The translations under genes were made by a program, and so were the position numbers. 64,000 nt of DNA from contig NC_135760.1 of the NCBI RefSeq assembly GCF_052425735.1, positions 434,001 to 498,000 of the forward strand, in the 5' to 3' direction. Shown one piece after another: positions 34,901-47,824 of this stretch. The notes under the pieces were generated by a model. It did no database searches, was not told the DNA's origin, and worked only from the letters and a program-made list of their open reading frames with translations. The DNA is from Oculina patagonica. Lineage: Eukaryota. Position 1 is the first letter of the stretch. The number at the start of each line of letters is the position of its first letter.

Positions 34901-37900
34901 CTCAGAACACTTAGAGGAACAGCAAACAGTGATTATCACAAACGAAAAAAATTCACGATCAAGTCATAATGAGGTCCATGTGGTGCCGAATCCCTCACCT
35001 GTCATTTTCAACATCGCTTGCAAGTATCCTCCATTACCTCAGAGAACGCCTTACGACGCTGGCCTGTGCTCATCTCTGCGCGCGATAGATGAAAGAGATT
35101 ATATTACCGGTGTAAGTATTTACATTAAACCGAAGAAAATAAATTTCTAGCAGAATGCGTTTTGATGTCTAGAAAAGCACCTCGTTGCACTCACATGGCG
35201 TGCATGCATCAACTGCCTTTTAGGGGGGGGGGGGGGGAGAGGGGGCTTAACCGTGTATCATTTTGTTACAGAGCATAAAAAGCCATCTTCTATTAGTTTC
35301 AGTGGTAAATGGAAACACGGGAAAAGTTTTTTTTATTTCCATATTGTAAACTGTACATGGTAGTAATATCGTTGTTACTCCAAGAGCCAACAGCAAAGGA
35401 TTGATTATACCCTGATTTTTTTTCAAATTTGGATACACTCTCCGACGACGAAACCAAATTTAATTAAATCGAAAATTTAAAAGCTGCTAAGCTGTGGTCA
35501 TGTTGTTGAAATAAATTCAAAACGGTTTATGGCAGGATTGCAAAACTGCTACACCGCTTTCTCCTCCTTATAAAAAAGAAAGAAAGGAAAAACAACAACA
35601 GACCGTTGCTTAGCTGTTTGACAAGAGTACATATAATACTACTCAGTTTGTTTTGTTACGACAGTTATAGGTTTCTTTGTTTCCTTTCACTACACAGTGT
35701 TTCGATGACGTGGATTGTAGTCCAATACAGTCCACAAACGATTTACTCACGGCAGAAATACCGTTGCTGTACGAGCGAGAAGAGCTGCATGACTGTGTGG
35801 ACTGTGATGCCTTTGCACCTAAAACAACATCTCAAGACCTCGAGAGGTTTAGCTTCTAGCAGCCCAGCGGTTGAACCTCAACGACGCGTCTCCTTGGGAA
35901 GCCGAGTGTTTTGATAAAGTCCGACTGAGTGAGTGTTCAGACAACTTGATAAATGAACAACCCACTTCCTTGACAGAAAGAGCTCCAAGCCCGACTAACA
36001 GCGTTTGCTTAGCATTGGAGAACAATGTAGAAAATGTAAACTTGTTCAGTGATGTTACACCGGAAGTGGAAAATTGTCATCTTCAAGCTACTTGTGAAAA
36101 AAATCCTTCCGAAGGACCTTCGAACCAAGGTGTAGAAATGCAAACAAATTTTCTTGGCCAAGGAAACGATGTTATAATTACAGCAGCTCTTCCAGGCAAC
36201 ACACACAAGGCTGTTAATGTGACAACACAAGATGACAGCGTCTCGGTGCACGTGATGGACAGTGATAACGATAATGAAGAAAACAAGAGAGAATTCAACC
36301 ATTGTCACGAAGAAAATAAAAATTTGGGAGAATCATCAGGTCAGTTACTGCATAATCCACTATATTTTACTGCAGTTTTCAATTGAGTGTCGTAAAACCA
36401 AAACCAAAGTTATTACTCTGGCCAATCACAAAGGTCACAGACAATCCAGGGAACCAACGAAAACTCGAAGCAAATACACCTAGCCGGCAAGAAGCGCGGG
36501 AAAACGTTCGCGAGCGAATCACGATTGGTTTTGGTTTTACTCCTTATTGGCTGAGAAAGTGGCGCGAGTTTTTTGAGCCAATCACTGAGCGTAGTAGTGC
36601 AAAACCAATGCAAACGCTAATTACTTTCGACAGTCAAGTGAAAACCGCTCTACATAGATCGTATAATTCATTAAACTCAAGGAAAAGTCTTCTTATCTGG
36701 CCTGTGGCTTTTTAAGCTCTGATATTGATTTGAGCACATTTATTCGATTTCCCAAAGGGATATTCAGTGGCGGATCTAGGGCAGGGCCTCGGACCCTCTC
36801 CTTATTACGCTAAAAACTTTACGGGTGTACACACATACAAAAGGGCCCCCAACTTTAGTTCAAGGTCTGGATCCGCCACTGGTATTTCAGATTTAAGGCC
36901 AAGTTTAAATGCCCAAACAAGGGTAATGTCATTTTATTCCGATCAATTTTCACACCTTCCGGTATAGTTTGATCAACTGTAACAGTAAACTGGTTCGAGG
37001 CTGTCGTTGTTTTTTTTTTGCTTCTTTTTGGTTTTACTTCCTGGACTGAACAAAATAGTGCAATTCTTTTTCACCAGGGATAAAAGATGTAAAGAAAATT
37101 ATTAACAGTCATCCGGACGAAACTGTTCAGTTTCGAACCGAGATTGAGAGTAAGATGATTGACCTGGATGGGCCTGAGCTGCTACAGTTTGCTATGATCT
37201 TTGTCCAAGGCGCGCTGGAAAAATCTCAGGTTGGTGATCTTTTACAGCAAGGAGCCGAAAGGGTGTGTCCAATTTTAATTCATTCATAACCTTTCGTGCA
37301 GAATTAATCCAACAAAGTCAACTGGAATCTTTCCTCGGCTTATGATTGGATAATGACTGCACAAAATAATGTGAATTTATTAAAAGTAGCCATACGTCTG
37401 GGCTGGCTATATACATAGACAAGCAGTGTTTGGTCCAACCTAACGAGCATCCATATTGCTTTATAACAAAAAATGCCACGCGACAAGATTGCAAGATAGT
37501 ACACTTGGCATCGGTTAAAGAATATTGTGACAATAAATGCCGAAAGCAGTTCGTGTCGAGAGACATACTAACATTACAAGAAATGTTTGGCAATATTGCA
37601 TTACGTGAAAAAGTGGCACGCAAAAGCAGGTTTATTAACACGTTGCTAATTCGCCAGCAAAGCACACATAAAACAGAAAAACTTTTCGATGCTATTTCTC
37701 TAACTTTACAGATTGTGCCTAGCTGCAGTGAACAGCTGAAATTTGACGAGGATAACAAGAACATGTCCAGGGCAGCACCAGCGTTCCCGTGGAAAAGAAA
37801 AATTTCTTATTACAGCCAGCAAACACCGTCCTTGGGAACTACCGATGATGAGACATTCTCAAATGAAGCAGGTATGATCGGTTTTTTAAAGATTCATTTC

Positions 37901-38549
37901 GTAGCGAAACCCACAAGTAATGCATGCACTTCTATGGCAAAACTAAAATCTTAGATTTTTGACACTTCGTTTGAGAAGAAGAAATGCACTCTAATCACTA
38001 CAGGACAACTGGATGGCAAAATTAAAGGTTTTGTTCACTTTGTACAATAGCGTTGAATCTTCAGTTTCAGCTTTTCTATCGAGTATTCCTGGAGTGAGTC
38101 TGCCCCCACCCCTTGGGTAGCACGTGACCCAGTCAAAGAAACGCTCAGGACTAAGCTAGAATATAATTACCGTTTTGGGTTTCTTCACCAAGGAACGTGA
38201 TTTATGATTTTTGGCCCAGGCTGCATCCCACCAGGGGCGACCAATAAACCTAGACTCAGATGCTTCAAGTAATCGTCTCTTTTAAACCGTCAGGATTATT
38301 AGAATAACCGTTTTATCTGTGGAACGTGTTAAGCCTATTGTCGACTATTGTTGTTTAATTTAAGGGAGTATTGACGATGAAAATGGCTTTAACGGGGACA
38401 CTGACAACAAGGAAGGGCCACCACACCTAGTCATGCCTTTGCCCAAGACTTCATGCAATCGACCCCTTCGCCTTGGACTATCACGAAAGCACAGAAATAA
38501 ACCATTACATCCTTACTTAAAGAAGCACTCCAATGCGAAACCGAACTGA
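31926..38549 (+). CDS. Long low-complexity protein with C-terminal RAD51-interacting motif (RAD51AP2/RAD51AP1-like); one frameshift in exon 5
   Basis: Exons 31926-31959, 32488-32982, 33491-33544, 34219-35111, 35698-36339 (frame break at about 35850-35859), 37078-37229 (donor uncertain), 37712-37871, 38365-38549. The last exon encodes RPLRLGLSRKHRNKPLHPYLKK, matching the R[LIV]GLSR..R.K.LHP motif of RAD51AP1/2. Confidence 0.65.
36765..36881. mobile_element. Small TIR MITE
   Basis: CAGTGGCGGATCTAG...CTGGATCCGCCACTG; flanks ATATT and GTATT. Confidence 0.7.
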
Positions 38550-39183
38550 TGCTGACATTACTCAGGTCAACGGAAAGGTTGAACAGTAAACGCCCATATC
38601 AGAGTTTTGTCTGTTTGACCCCGGTGGAGTACCTTTGCTGACACTGAGGCTATGTTCGTGCTCATTCTAGTCAGAGTTCGAAGGAGGTATTTTTAACAAT
38701 ACATTTGGTCACTCTCCAACCATTTGAATTTAAGAAGATTGTATCAGCAATGTGAAAGGATGGTTTTCACACGGCCACAATTAATAAATTGTTGAAAAAG
38801 GTTGGCGTCGTCTTTAAGTGAGTACTGCAAGTAATGCCTTCATCTTGTAAATATGCTCTAAAGTTTCCGCCTTCGCTTTCGTCCACAAGAGATTTGGGAA
38901 CACGATTGGTTAACTGCAGGGCGCTGAGGGTTAACAATTACAGCTTCCCTTAGAAGTACAATGCCATACAAAAATAGATTTATTATCTTTTTGTGCTCAA
39001 AGATCATTTCCATTATTCGCTGAATACAAAGTGTTTTCTAACAAAAATGATAAGGTGGTTCCAGTAATTTTGAACTCCTACTGCGAGTTATTACTTTAAA
39101 GGTAGACTTGATCGATTTGATCAATAATTTCAATGTCGTTGTTGTGGATACAATCTAGAGTGGATGTGCTACCGAACACAGGC

Positions 39184-41719
39184 TTATTCAATATGAACGA
39201 AGGTGGCATCTGTGGCAACCCCACAGTTGTTATCCTTCTGAGACATGAGTACGTAGCCGGCATTGCCCCAGTGTGTGGACCAGGAATTCTTCACTAGCCA
39301 GTAAGCCTGATCGTTCATGGTGCCGTAACCAACGGCGAGTACCGCGTGGTCTAAATCGTCCGGTTTATTTCCTAGCAGAGAAAGAAACACACAGAAAGTC
39401 TTTTATAGTCTCCTTCCACGACCTTTTTAAACCTTTTCAAGTTAAGTGGAGAGGAGCGTGGGACCTACATTCGCGAAAGAGGTTAATAAATATTCCATCG
39501 TACTTTTTTTTTGTTTAACTAAAGAAAATGGACAAGAGTGATCAAAGACAGCGTAACCTATTATCTATACTTTAACGTACCACACTGGGGCTCGTAGTAC
39601 ACTCCAAAGGAGTAGAAAGCGAATGATTTGTGTGACGCATCTATCCCCACTGCCACTGGCCCGTTTTGAAATATTGCAATCTTGAGCGCGTTAAGGTCTC
39701 CTGAGGTTACGTTCACATAACCTGAAATCTTTGCACCGATGGTCCCGTTGTGACAGTACCCATCCTAAGCAAAGAGTTAGACGCGAATTGTTAGTGAAAT
39801 TGTAAAGGTTATTAGTATTTCAACAGGAATGGATCCAATGAAAAGGTACTATTCTTGTCACATGAATGCACTATTCATCCTATTCATATTATTAATATTT
39901 CGAAAGGAAGGATGATATTAGGTCAAATGAAAAATGATCAACTTTATTTATAGAGGTCACATTTGAATGCAATGTAAACCCCAATAAAGAATAAGCATTT
40001 TGTAATTTTAATACAGAATAGGCATTGTGTAATTTTGATACAGAACGGGACTGATTGATTTTAAAAATCAATTTACTGTTTGAAGCCTAAAAACAACAAT
40101 AATAACACATTTATTTCACAATTCGACTCGCCATTTTAAATACCCATACAGATCGGCCACGAATATTGGCGGTATCTACCACACGATGAGACCAGTCTGC
40201 CAAAGGACAGGGCTGTTGATTTGACACGTACCTGGGCCAAATACTGACCATAGCTATGCTCTGTAGCTATTCCGCCATGCTTCATTACCCACTGATACGA
40301 CCGAAACTCCTCTCCGCCATCACATCCATTGTTACCAAAACCCCAGCTGCAATCCATCAAGTTTTGTTGAGAAAGGCGAACAAGATTCTTTGTCTGTAAG
40401 AATCAAACATACACAATACTGTAATCATCATGAAACCCATGCAACCAAAGCTTGCCCTAAAGTTACTTGGTAGAGGAGAATAAAAAGGGAGGGAGGGAAG
40501 GGCAGCAAAAGAGTTTTGCTGATATTCGCAGTTATAGCAGTTTTGGTAGAGGCAAATTTTTAACCGCTGATAGTTTTTGGGAATACTTTTTAAATGGTTG
40601 ATGGGAGCAGTGGGAGGGTTTGAATCGAAGGTGAAGTGTTGATCCCTGTACCTCCACGGGTATAGGTATATGACAAGACAATTCTCATTACTGACAGAGC
40701 TAGTCTGCCTCTTTGCAGCAGTTAATAAGTTCGTCAAGCAACGCCGCCGCTTGTGAGAAGTCACTGTGCAGAGCTACCAGTATTGGATGGAAATGTTCGA
40801 CGCGCCAACACTACGAGTCATCGAATTTTCCCTCTGGAAAAATCGTACGGCCAGTGAACACTTACCCAACCTACAGGCAAGCTATATGTAAATGAAAAGT
40901 ATGTGGGAAAGGCCCGTCATGTAAAACTCCAATAGCATTTCTCTCTACTAAACCTGGACTGCAATCAGTACGGATTCCCCATAGTACACCTACCTTAAGA
41001 AACAGAGCACCCTCGATGGCTCCAGTGGAACCAAAGCTCCAACATGAACCACACACTGCTTGGTCTTTTACTGGAGTCACTGCACCTAAAATGAACAATC
41101 AATGCTACAGCAAACGGTCTGTTAAAATTAAAATCTCACTACTGACGACTAGAACTTTACATTAACCCAGCGCCCCTAATAAAGACAAAAGGGCAGTCAG
41201 ATGTAAATTAGTTACAGACATGCCTGTGAACAGGCAGCCTATCTTAAGGTTTCCCATCAAGTTAGTCAAAAAAGAAAATTGGGTCCAAATAAGTTCGCAT
41301 GCAAGTTTTGTGAGTTTGTGTTTACATATATAAAGACTTTTGAGTCCTTCTATACTCACTCTGGCAGTAATTTTGCATGTCTCATTTTCCTTAAACTTAA
41401 AGTAACAGATTTCTTTTTCCCTTTGAAATGAAATTTGAAGTCGAAACTGTTTTACTGCTGAGTTTAAATTGTCTACGGTTCACCATAAGAAAGCATTGTC
41501 TAACCAGCATGTATGTTGCTATTACCATAAAGACGCCAGTCCAAAGTGTCTGGGACATCATTCACAGTTGACAAGTCTGGATGAAATGGAAGACCACCAT
41601 TATAACCATCAGAATGTGTGCGCCCCCTCAGTACTCCAAGCTCCTTGGGTGAGCGGTCTGCTAAATGGTTTACAGCAACTTGGAAACTAACATGCTTACG
41701 ATTGTGCGAGTTGATGAAC
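39184..41719 (-). CDS. Papain-family (C1A) cathepsin-L-like 26/29-kDa-type cysteine protease, 3' five exons
   Basis: Exons 41526-41719 (end of I29 prodomain VNHLAD...DWRLYG), 40994-41085 ([18 protein letters not shown], catalytic Cys), 40232-40393 ([22 protein letters not shown]), 39581-39764 and 39184-39371 ([11 protein letters not shown]...[17 protein letters not shown]). [14 protein letters not shown] is characteristic of the 26/29-kDa group. The 5' exons were not found in the window. Confidence 0.93.
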
Positions 41720-43148
41720 CTAAAACAAGAAATAAAGGCCCCAAACGAAGATGTTAGTAAGACTTGCTTTCAATACATGGAAATCATTTCAGTTTGGTTA
41801 AGTCGAGGAGAACAAGTGTCGTTTGTGGACAATCTTCGTTGAAGAACTATTACGGATATTTATAGTAATGCCATGCGGTCTGCTGGGGGATAAAGCATTA
41901 AAAAAAGACCGTTCTCGGAAAAGTCGTTCCAAAATCTAGCATCTGCGTTCCAAAAATTAAAGTTGAGAGCCAAATTTCATTATTATGGTTGTTTGAAATA
42001 GTAACTCGATATCGGCGCAGCCGTTTTTTTGTAAATCACCGAAATTACCTAAAACTTGGAATACTTCTTACTACATCAATGAAATCCTAGCATAGCTACG
42101 ACTGAACATTTAGCAGAAATAATAAGAAACGCCAGTTGAAGTTTGTCCGCGCAGAAATCACGTGCCCGATTTGCATATAATGTGAAAACCAACATTGCGG
42201 CTGTCGTGAAAACTGACTCCTTATTAAATTCCTCAAAATAAACAACAGCAGCTGCAAGGTGTTTAACTTTTGTAGTGTGGCATGGGTTGCGTTTTTGCTG
42301 TTAACTATAACTCTACATGAACGCTTGCGGTTAGGTAACCATCTTTCAGGTAACGTTAATGTAATGTAGTTCTAGTTCTTCAAACTTTACCAAGCGCGCA
42401 GTGTAGTTTTATCCACAAGAGGAACGCTGACCATGGCGCGAGGGTGTTTCGAGGGATTTTGTTTCACTGCAGTTGTCATTGAAACGAAACGAAGCTTGGC
42501 CAGTATGAAATAAGTGATAACGAGAAATGGGCGATACTTGTAAAATCGAGCGCTCGATGGGGGGGGGGGATGCTTGGAAAAGTTGACGAAAGACTCTCGA
42601 TTCAGATTCTCGCGCTTGGCAAAAAAGTTATGTCTCTAGACCCACGGCGAGTGTCACAATTGACAGTGCTCAGCAAGCTAACTAAATAAAATTAAAAATA
42701 AAGCTTTTCAAAGCAGTCAATGTGCAATTAAAAAACGTGGAATAACGCTTGGAAAAACTAAGGTATACTGACAAAACTTAGTAACAACTAAGTAAGGGAG
42801 AGAAAGATCCCTCTCACGTTGTGGTTTTATAGAAAAGATGATTATATAAAACCCACCAGATTGCAAATAAAAAGCTTTCAGGCAAATAAAAGCTTAAAAG
42901 CTTTTTATTTGCAAAGCATTAGAGCTTTTTTATTCATCAGAAATTCCAAATAGCCTTTCGTTAGCTCCCGTGATTGCGATTTTAGGCCCTAAAACTATAC
43001 TTTCTAATCAACAGAAAAAAAAACCTCTAAACCAGTTTTAAATCCACACGATTAAGAACTGAATAAAGAGAGTGTTGGAGACATCCTCGCGACGAAAACT
43101 GATAACGAAGCAAAGGAACATTAGCTCTTGTCATAAAGCTCCAGACAA

Positions 43149-44075
43149 ATGGCGAACTCAACTAAAGATGGAAACCACACTACTATTCAAGAGTTACTTT
43201 GCCTGACCAGTCTTAATGGCACACATCAAAAGATATTGATTTCAGCACTAAATATTCCTCTCTCCATCACGGCATTTCTAGGGAATGTTCTCATTATTGT
43301 TGCTCTTCGCAAGGTGACGTCCGTTCATCCACCATCAAAAATTCTCTTAGGCTGCCTTGCCAGCACTGATCTGTGTGTGGGTCTCATAACACAGCCCCTC
43401 TTTGTGGCTTATAAACTGTCTCCAGAATACTCGAAACGATGTCATTATTTAAGAATCCTTTCTGACACAATAGGTTTAACATTTTGTGGAGTATCTTTGT
43501 TAACACTGACTGCAATAAGTATTGACAGACTTCTCGCCCTGTTGTTAAGACTAAGATACAGACAGGTAGTAACTTTGATGAGAGTGTGGGCATTTGTTGT
43601 TTTTGTTTGGCTTTTTAGTGCTGCTGTTGCAATCCTACGTTTTTACAACTTTCTTATCCCTTTAACTTTTGCCTTCATAGTACTGTTTCTGTGCATAGTA
43701 ACCTCATGTTTCTGTTACACGAAAATCTTTCTTACACTTCGCCATCATCAAACTCAAGTGCAAGACCATGTTCAGCAAGGACAACAGAATGGAGGAGGAA
43801 TTGCACTGAATATAGCACGATACAGAAAAACAGTGTCTAGTGCACTGTGGATACAGATGACATTACTGGCTTGTTATCTTCCATATGCTATATTCGTAGC
43901 TGCTGTTCTTATACCTGGATTACATACACCATCTCTCAACTTTGCTTGGGCTATAACAATATCTCTGCTTTTGTTAAACTCATCCATTAATCCATTTTTG
44001 TATTGCTGGAAGATGAGAATGGTACGACAAGCAGTGAAGGAGACAATCAGACAGTATTGCTGCTTCTCAAGTTAA
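43149..44075 (+). CDS. Intronless class A (rhodopsin-like) GPCR, copy 1 (melanocortin/adenosine-receptor-like cnidarian orphan family)
   Basis: 308-aa ORF with 7 hydrophobic segments and motifs GN (TM1), LASTD (TM2), SIDRLLAL (TM3), CYLPY (TM6), NSSINPFLY (TM7). Confidence 0.95.
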   Translation: MANSTKDGNHTTIQELLCLTSLNGTHQKILISALNIPLSITAFLGNVLIIVALRKVTSVHPPSKILLGCLASTDLCVGLITQPLFVAYKLSPEYSKRCHYLRILSDTIGLTFCGVSLLTLTAISIDRLLALLLRLRYRQVVTLMRVWAFVVFVWLFSAAVAILRFYNFLIPLTFAFIVLFLCIVTSCFCYTKIFLTLRHHQTQVQDHVQQGQQNGGGIALNIARYRKTVSSALWIQMTLLACYLPYAIFVAAVLIPGLHTPSLNFAWAITISLLLLNSSINPFLYCWKMRMVRQAVKETIRQYCCFSS

Positions 44076-44470
44076 CCGTTTGAGAAGGATGTTATGAGAA
44101 ATCAGTGGAAAGATGCTTCGCTTGATGTATTTGTTGACTTGATGTTATATTACTGATACTTTACATAATAATAAGGCAACATATTTTATTTACATAGCTT
44201 TAGTAAGAGAACTTTTATAACTTCTCAAAGTATTGCAGCTCTATAGGCGTGTTCCCCAGTGTCTCACTGCACTTATTTATCACGACGAGCACTCGTGAAC
44301 GCTTTTTCCAAGATTAAATTGACGAGTTTTGTTGCACTAGTGAATGTTCGTCCATATTCCGTGTGGTTTATTTTAGATTCGGAATTCCTTCGGCAATTGA
44401 ATGTGACTCCGATTGTAAAACGAAATATTTGTTTACCTCGAAAATAACGATTTATAGATATTTATAAATA

Positions 44471-44729
44471 CAGTAAAAACCCGCGTGTAAGAACCTGCTT
44501 TTTTAGAGTTTGGCAAAACAGGTTCTTATATTTTGGGGTACTACTGGCATTTTTTAGCTTCCCTGTGCAATTCTTGATCTCTAAAGACATCCTTTTTGAT
44601 AAAATACAGTTATTGTATTATAAATAAAATAGTTTAACCCCACATATAAGAACCTTTTGGGGTATTAAGGAAGCAAATTTCTGCCAGGAGGTTCTTAATT
44701 TCTAGATTCTTACACGCGGGTTTTTACTG
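44471..44729. mobile_element. Tc1/mariner-type MITE (TA TSD)
   Basis: TA-CAGTAAAAACCCGCGTGTAAGAA...TTCTTACACGCGGGTTTTTACTG-TA. Absent from the paralogous spacers. Confidence 0.85.
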
Positions 44730-46672
44730 TATGTATTGTACTCTGACTTATAAATATTTATTTTGTACTTTGTTACACGATATACCATCGTTGTATGGCG
44801 AGGAGAGAGAGTGGAAGGCAAGTTACTCTAATTCGGAGCGAAAATAGATGAGGGATGCCATCTTTCTTTTGTTCTCTTTTTCACTTGTTAGTTGTTAATT
44901 TAATGTAGCTGATAACGAGCAATTTGCATTCAGAAGACTCTAACCAATGTTGCTTATTGCAGGTGTTTGCCTTGTTCAGTTGAGTTGACAGGAAGAATTA
45001 AGCACAAGATAATTAAATGCAGCGCAGTTCAAAACATTCGTGTGAGAATAATAAGGTTCAGCTGACCTTCTTAGCTTAATGGTGCTTTGCATTAATGCTT
45101 TGAATAATTGAAGTATGCATTTTCTTGAAGCAAGCAAATAATCAAGGAATTCAACTGTGTTTCAAATAACGAAAAATTGTGTTTTTTGGTAATAATGCGG
45201 TAAGAAGCGAGATTCGTCATTTCGCCTAATCTTGTCCGTTTCGACGCATGGGTCTTTCCCTCTCAAAGTTCAATCTTTCACAACAAACTGAAAATTTGTA
45301 GTGAGATCAAATTTCAAAAACCAGAGACATCGTTTTGTAGAACTATTGCCCGAGAACATTTCAGCCAAATCGGTCGAACTTACAATGTCCGGACCAAGTA
45401 CAGTAATTTTCTTTTCTAGAAAAAGACAAGCGAGGCTTGGGAGTGAAAAAGTCTGACGCAGACATAAAGTTGCCAGAATCGTAGCTGTTTACCCCGCCAT
45501 CGCGTGAGTTACGATTTATAAATATTTATAACTGATTGTGCTCTGTTTTACGTAATTCATGTATACACTGTCGGAGAGAGCGAAGAAAGAGATGTGAATC
45601 TAATTGCCAGCGTGAAAGACGAGATTTGACATCTTTCTTTCCTATCTTTTTTTGGTTCTTTTACTGTTTCTCACTTACTGATTTGAGTCAGGCTTCCCAA
45701 CTATTGACAGCAGGGCCCAGTGATGAACAGGTATCTACTGGATAGCACAGTTTGTTATTTAATGACTGACACTCATCCAGTGGCAATGATTTATCAAATG
45801 GATAACGTTATCCACCCTTTGATTAACTGGAGCCTGATTGCTACCAATTCACATTTAGGGGACTTTTACCACTTTTGCTGTATTACAGGTGTTTGGTTTA
45901 AAACGGGAAGTCGGTCACTTGAAAGGTGGAGACACGCAAAACAATACAGTGTGCAGCTCAGACATGCTTTGTGTGATAATAATCAGATTCAGCTGACCAT
46001 CTCAACTCAGTTAATGGCGTTTTCCACTAATGCTATGAATAATTAAACGTGTTTATTCTTAAAGCAAGAATTCGAATAATTGAGTCTTTCGAATATCGAA
46101 AATTCAAGTGTCTTTATTTTGTAGTAACGCGGTAAGAGGCGAGATTGGCCATTTCGCTTGGTCCTGTCCGTTTCGACGCATGGATATACATACCCTTCAA
46201 AAGTTCAATATTCTCATAAATTTTAAGTGAGATCGAATTTCAAAACAGGAGACGACGTTTTGAAGGAGTATTATCCAAGAAAATTTCAGCCAAATCTATC
46301 GAACTTACAATTTCAGGACCAAATACATAATTTTTCTTTTCTAGAAAGTCGTTCGGGTGCTGTTTGCTCAAATAACACTTCAAATGTGCCATAAATAATT
46401 TAGTGACATTGTCAGACAACCTGCTGCGCAATTCAATAGAAAGGACTGAAGTATCTTTATTAGGAAAAGTGTAAAACAAAATTAGTTCCACACTCTCAAA
46501 TCGACGCAAGAATTCACTCGACGTGGTCAATCAAGAGTTAGAAAGAAACGCACCATCTCCAGCAGATCAAAACACAAGGTGAGTTTTGCAATGAATATTT
46601 TGCTTACCTTGCACCACCCAGCAAGTAGCAGTAACAAGTTAAAAACTTGTCTTTTCAAAGCAGTGCATTTCA

Positions 46673-46860
46673 ATTAAAAATTAAAGTTGCTCTCTGTTTT
46701 TCAGAATTCTTCCGAGGTTAAAATAGTTTCCAAACCGACGTTTCGGCAAAAATAACTTGCCTTCTTCCAGACTGACTGAAGGCAAGTCAAACTTGTCGAA
46801 ATGAAAACAATTTTAACCTCGGAAGAATCCTTAAAAACAGAGAGCAACTTTAACTTTTAA
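46673..46860. mobile_element. Inverted repeat with degenerate hammerhead-like cores (solo PLE terminal remnant)
   Basis: Arms TTAAAGTTGCTCTCTGTTTT...CTTCCGAGGTTAAAAT and ATTTTAACCTCGGAAG...AAAACAGAGAGCAACTTTAA. The centre reads CTGGAAGAA-GGCAA..TTGCC-GAAACGTC on the minus strand. Confidence 0.55.
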
Positions 46861-47824
46861 TTTTAAAGATGATAGGTGAAAATTTTAGAGATACAGTCAG
46901 TACATTATATTTCAAAAGTGGAAAACATAGTTCTGGAGAAACCTCATATCGAAAACCATTAAAATAAAAAGAAAACATTCAAATGGAGGGAGGGGAAGTT
47001 TCAAGAGAGATGTGTCCAGTTTCAGAAATGTGACATGTTACGCGTCGCCCCATTATCACTTCAAAACAAATAACGAAATTAACAGGAAATAAAACAAAGT
47101 TATCCATTTCGGTGAATGTTATTTGCTGTAATGTTGCTGTTAAGAGGAGCAGTTATTCTAAGGTGACTGTATATTGAGAGTGCGGGTTAGAGCCTCGTCA
47201 GACTCCTTGTGCTGTGTACCAAAGCAAGACACTTTGCTCTCACAGTGCCTTTCTCCTCCTAATTGACTCGCATATCATTGTATAAATGCATACCAGCGAA
47301 TTCTCAGGGCAACATAACAAAAAGCTTAAGGGCAAAAACATTTATTTCGCCAACAAATGATACTGTTTACCGCTGGAATACGACTATCGCTGTGCCTCAA
47401 ACTGCTCCCAGGTATTTTTGGAGTTTCCTCTGCTGTTAATGTCACAGACAAATGCTCTAGACCAAGCGAAACTTGCCATGAGGCGAAACAAAAGTCTCAA
47501 CAACTTCCAATGAGCTATAAATGCGGCATGCTTGTCGTATACGATCTGATGTTTCATTGTTAGATGCTCCGAAAGAATATCGTGTAAGGTAAACAAATTT
47601 GAGTGCTTGCATTTTGACAAACTCGAAATAGCCATTCGTTAGTCCTCACCACTGTGATTTTCTGCACTAAAACTATACGTTTTAATCACCAGGAAAGACA
47701 ACAGTTGCAGTAGACTGAAGAGTATTGAAATCGTCTTCGTTACAGATCCTGGACTTTCAAAAGAGAACTGATAACGAACTAAACTGAAGTACATTAGCTC
47801 TTGTCATAACTAGCTTGAAACAAA

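Noticed and set aside
37318-37711. ORFs 37318-37764 (-) and the 5' part of 37430-37954 (+)
   Set aside because: Only 37712-37871 has splice signals and a phase fitting the gene; the rest looks like open intronic sequence.
683-38549. Co-regulated meiotic/germline gene cluster (SPO11, RAD51AP2-like, CIMIP2C)
   Set aside because: The genes are separated by housekeeping genes, and proximity alone is not evidence without synteny or expression data.
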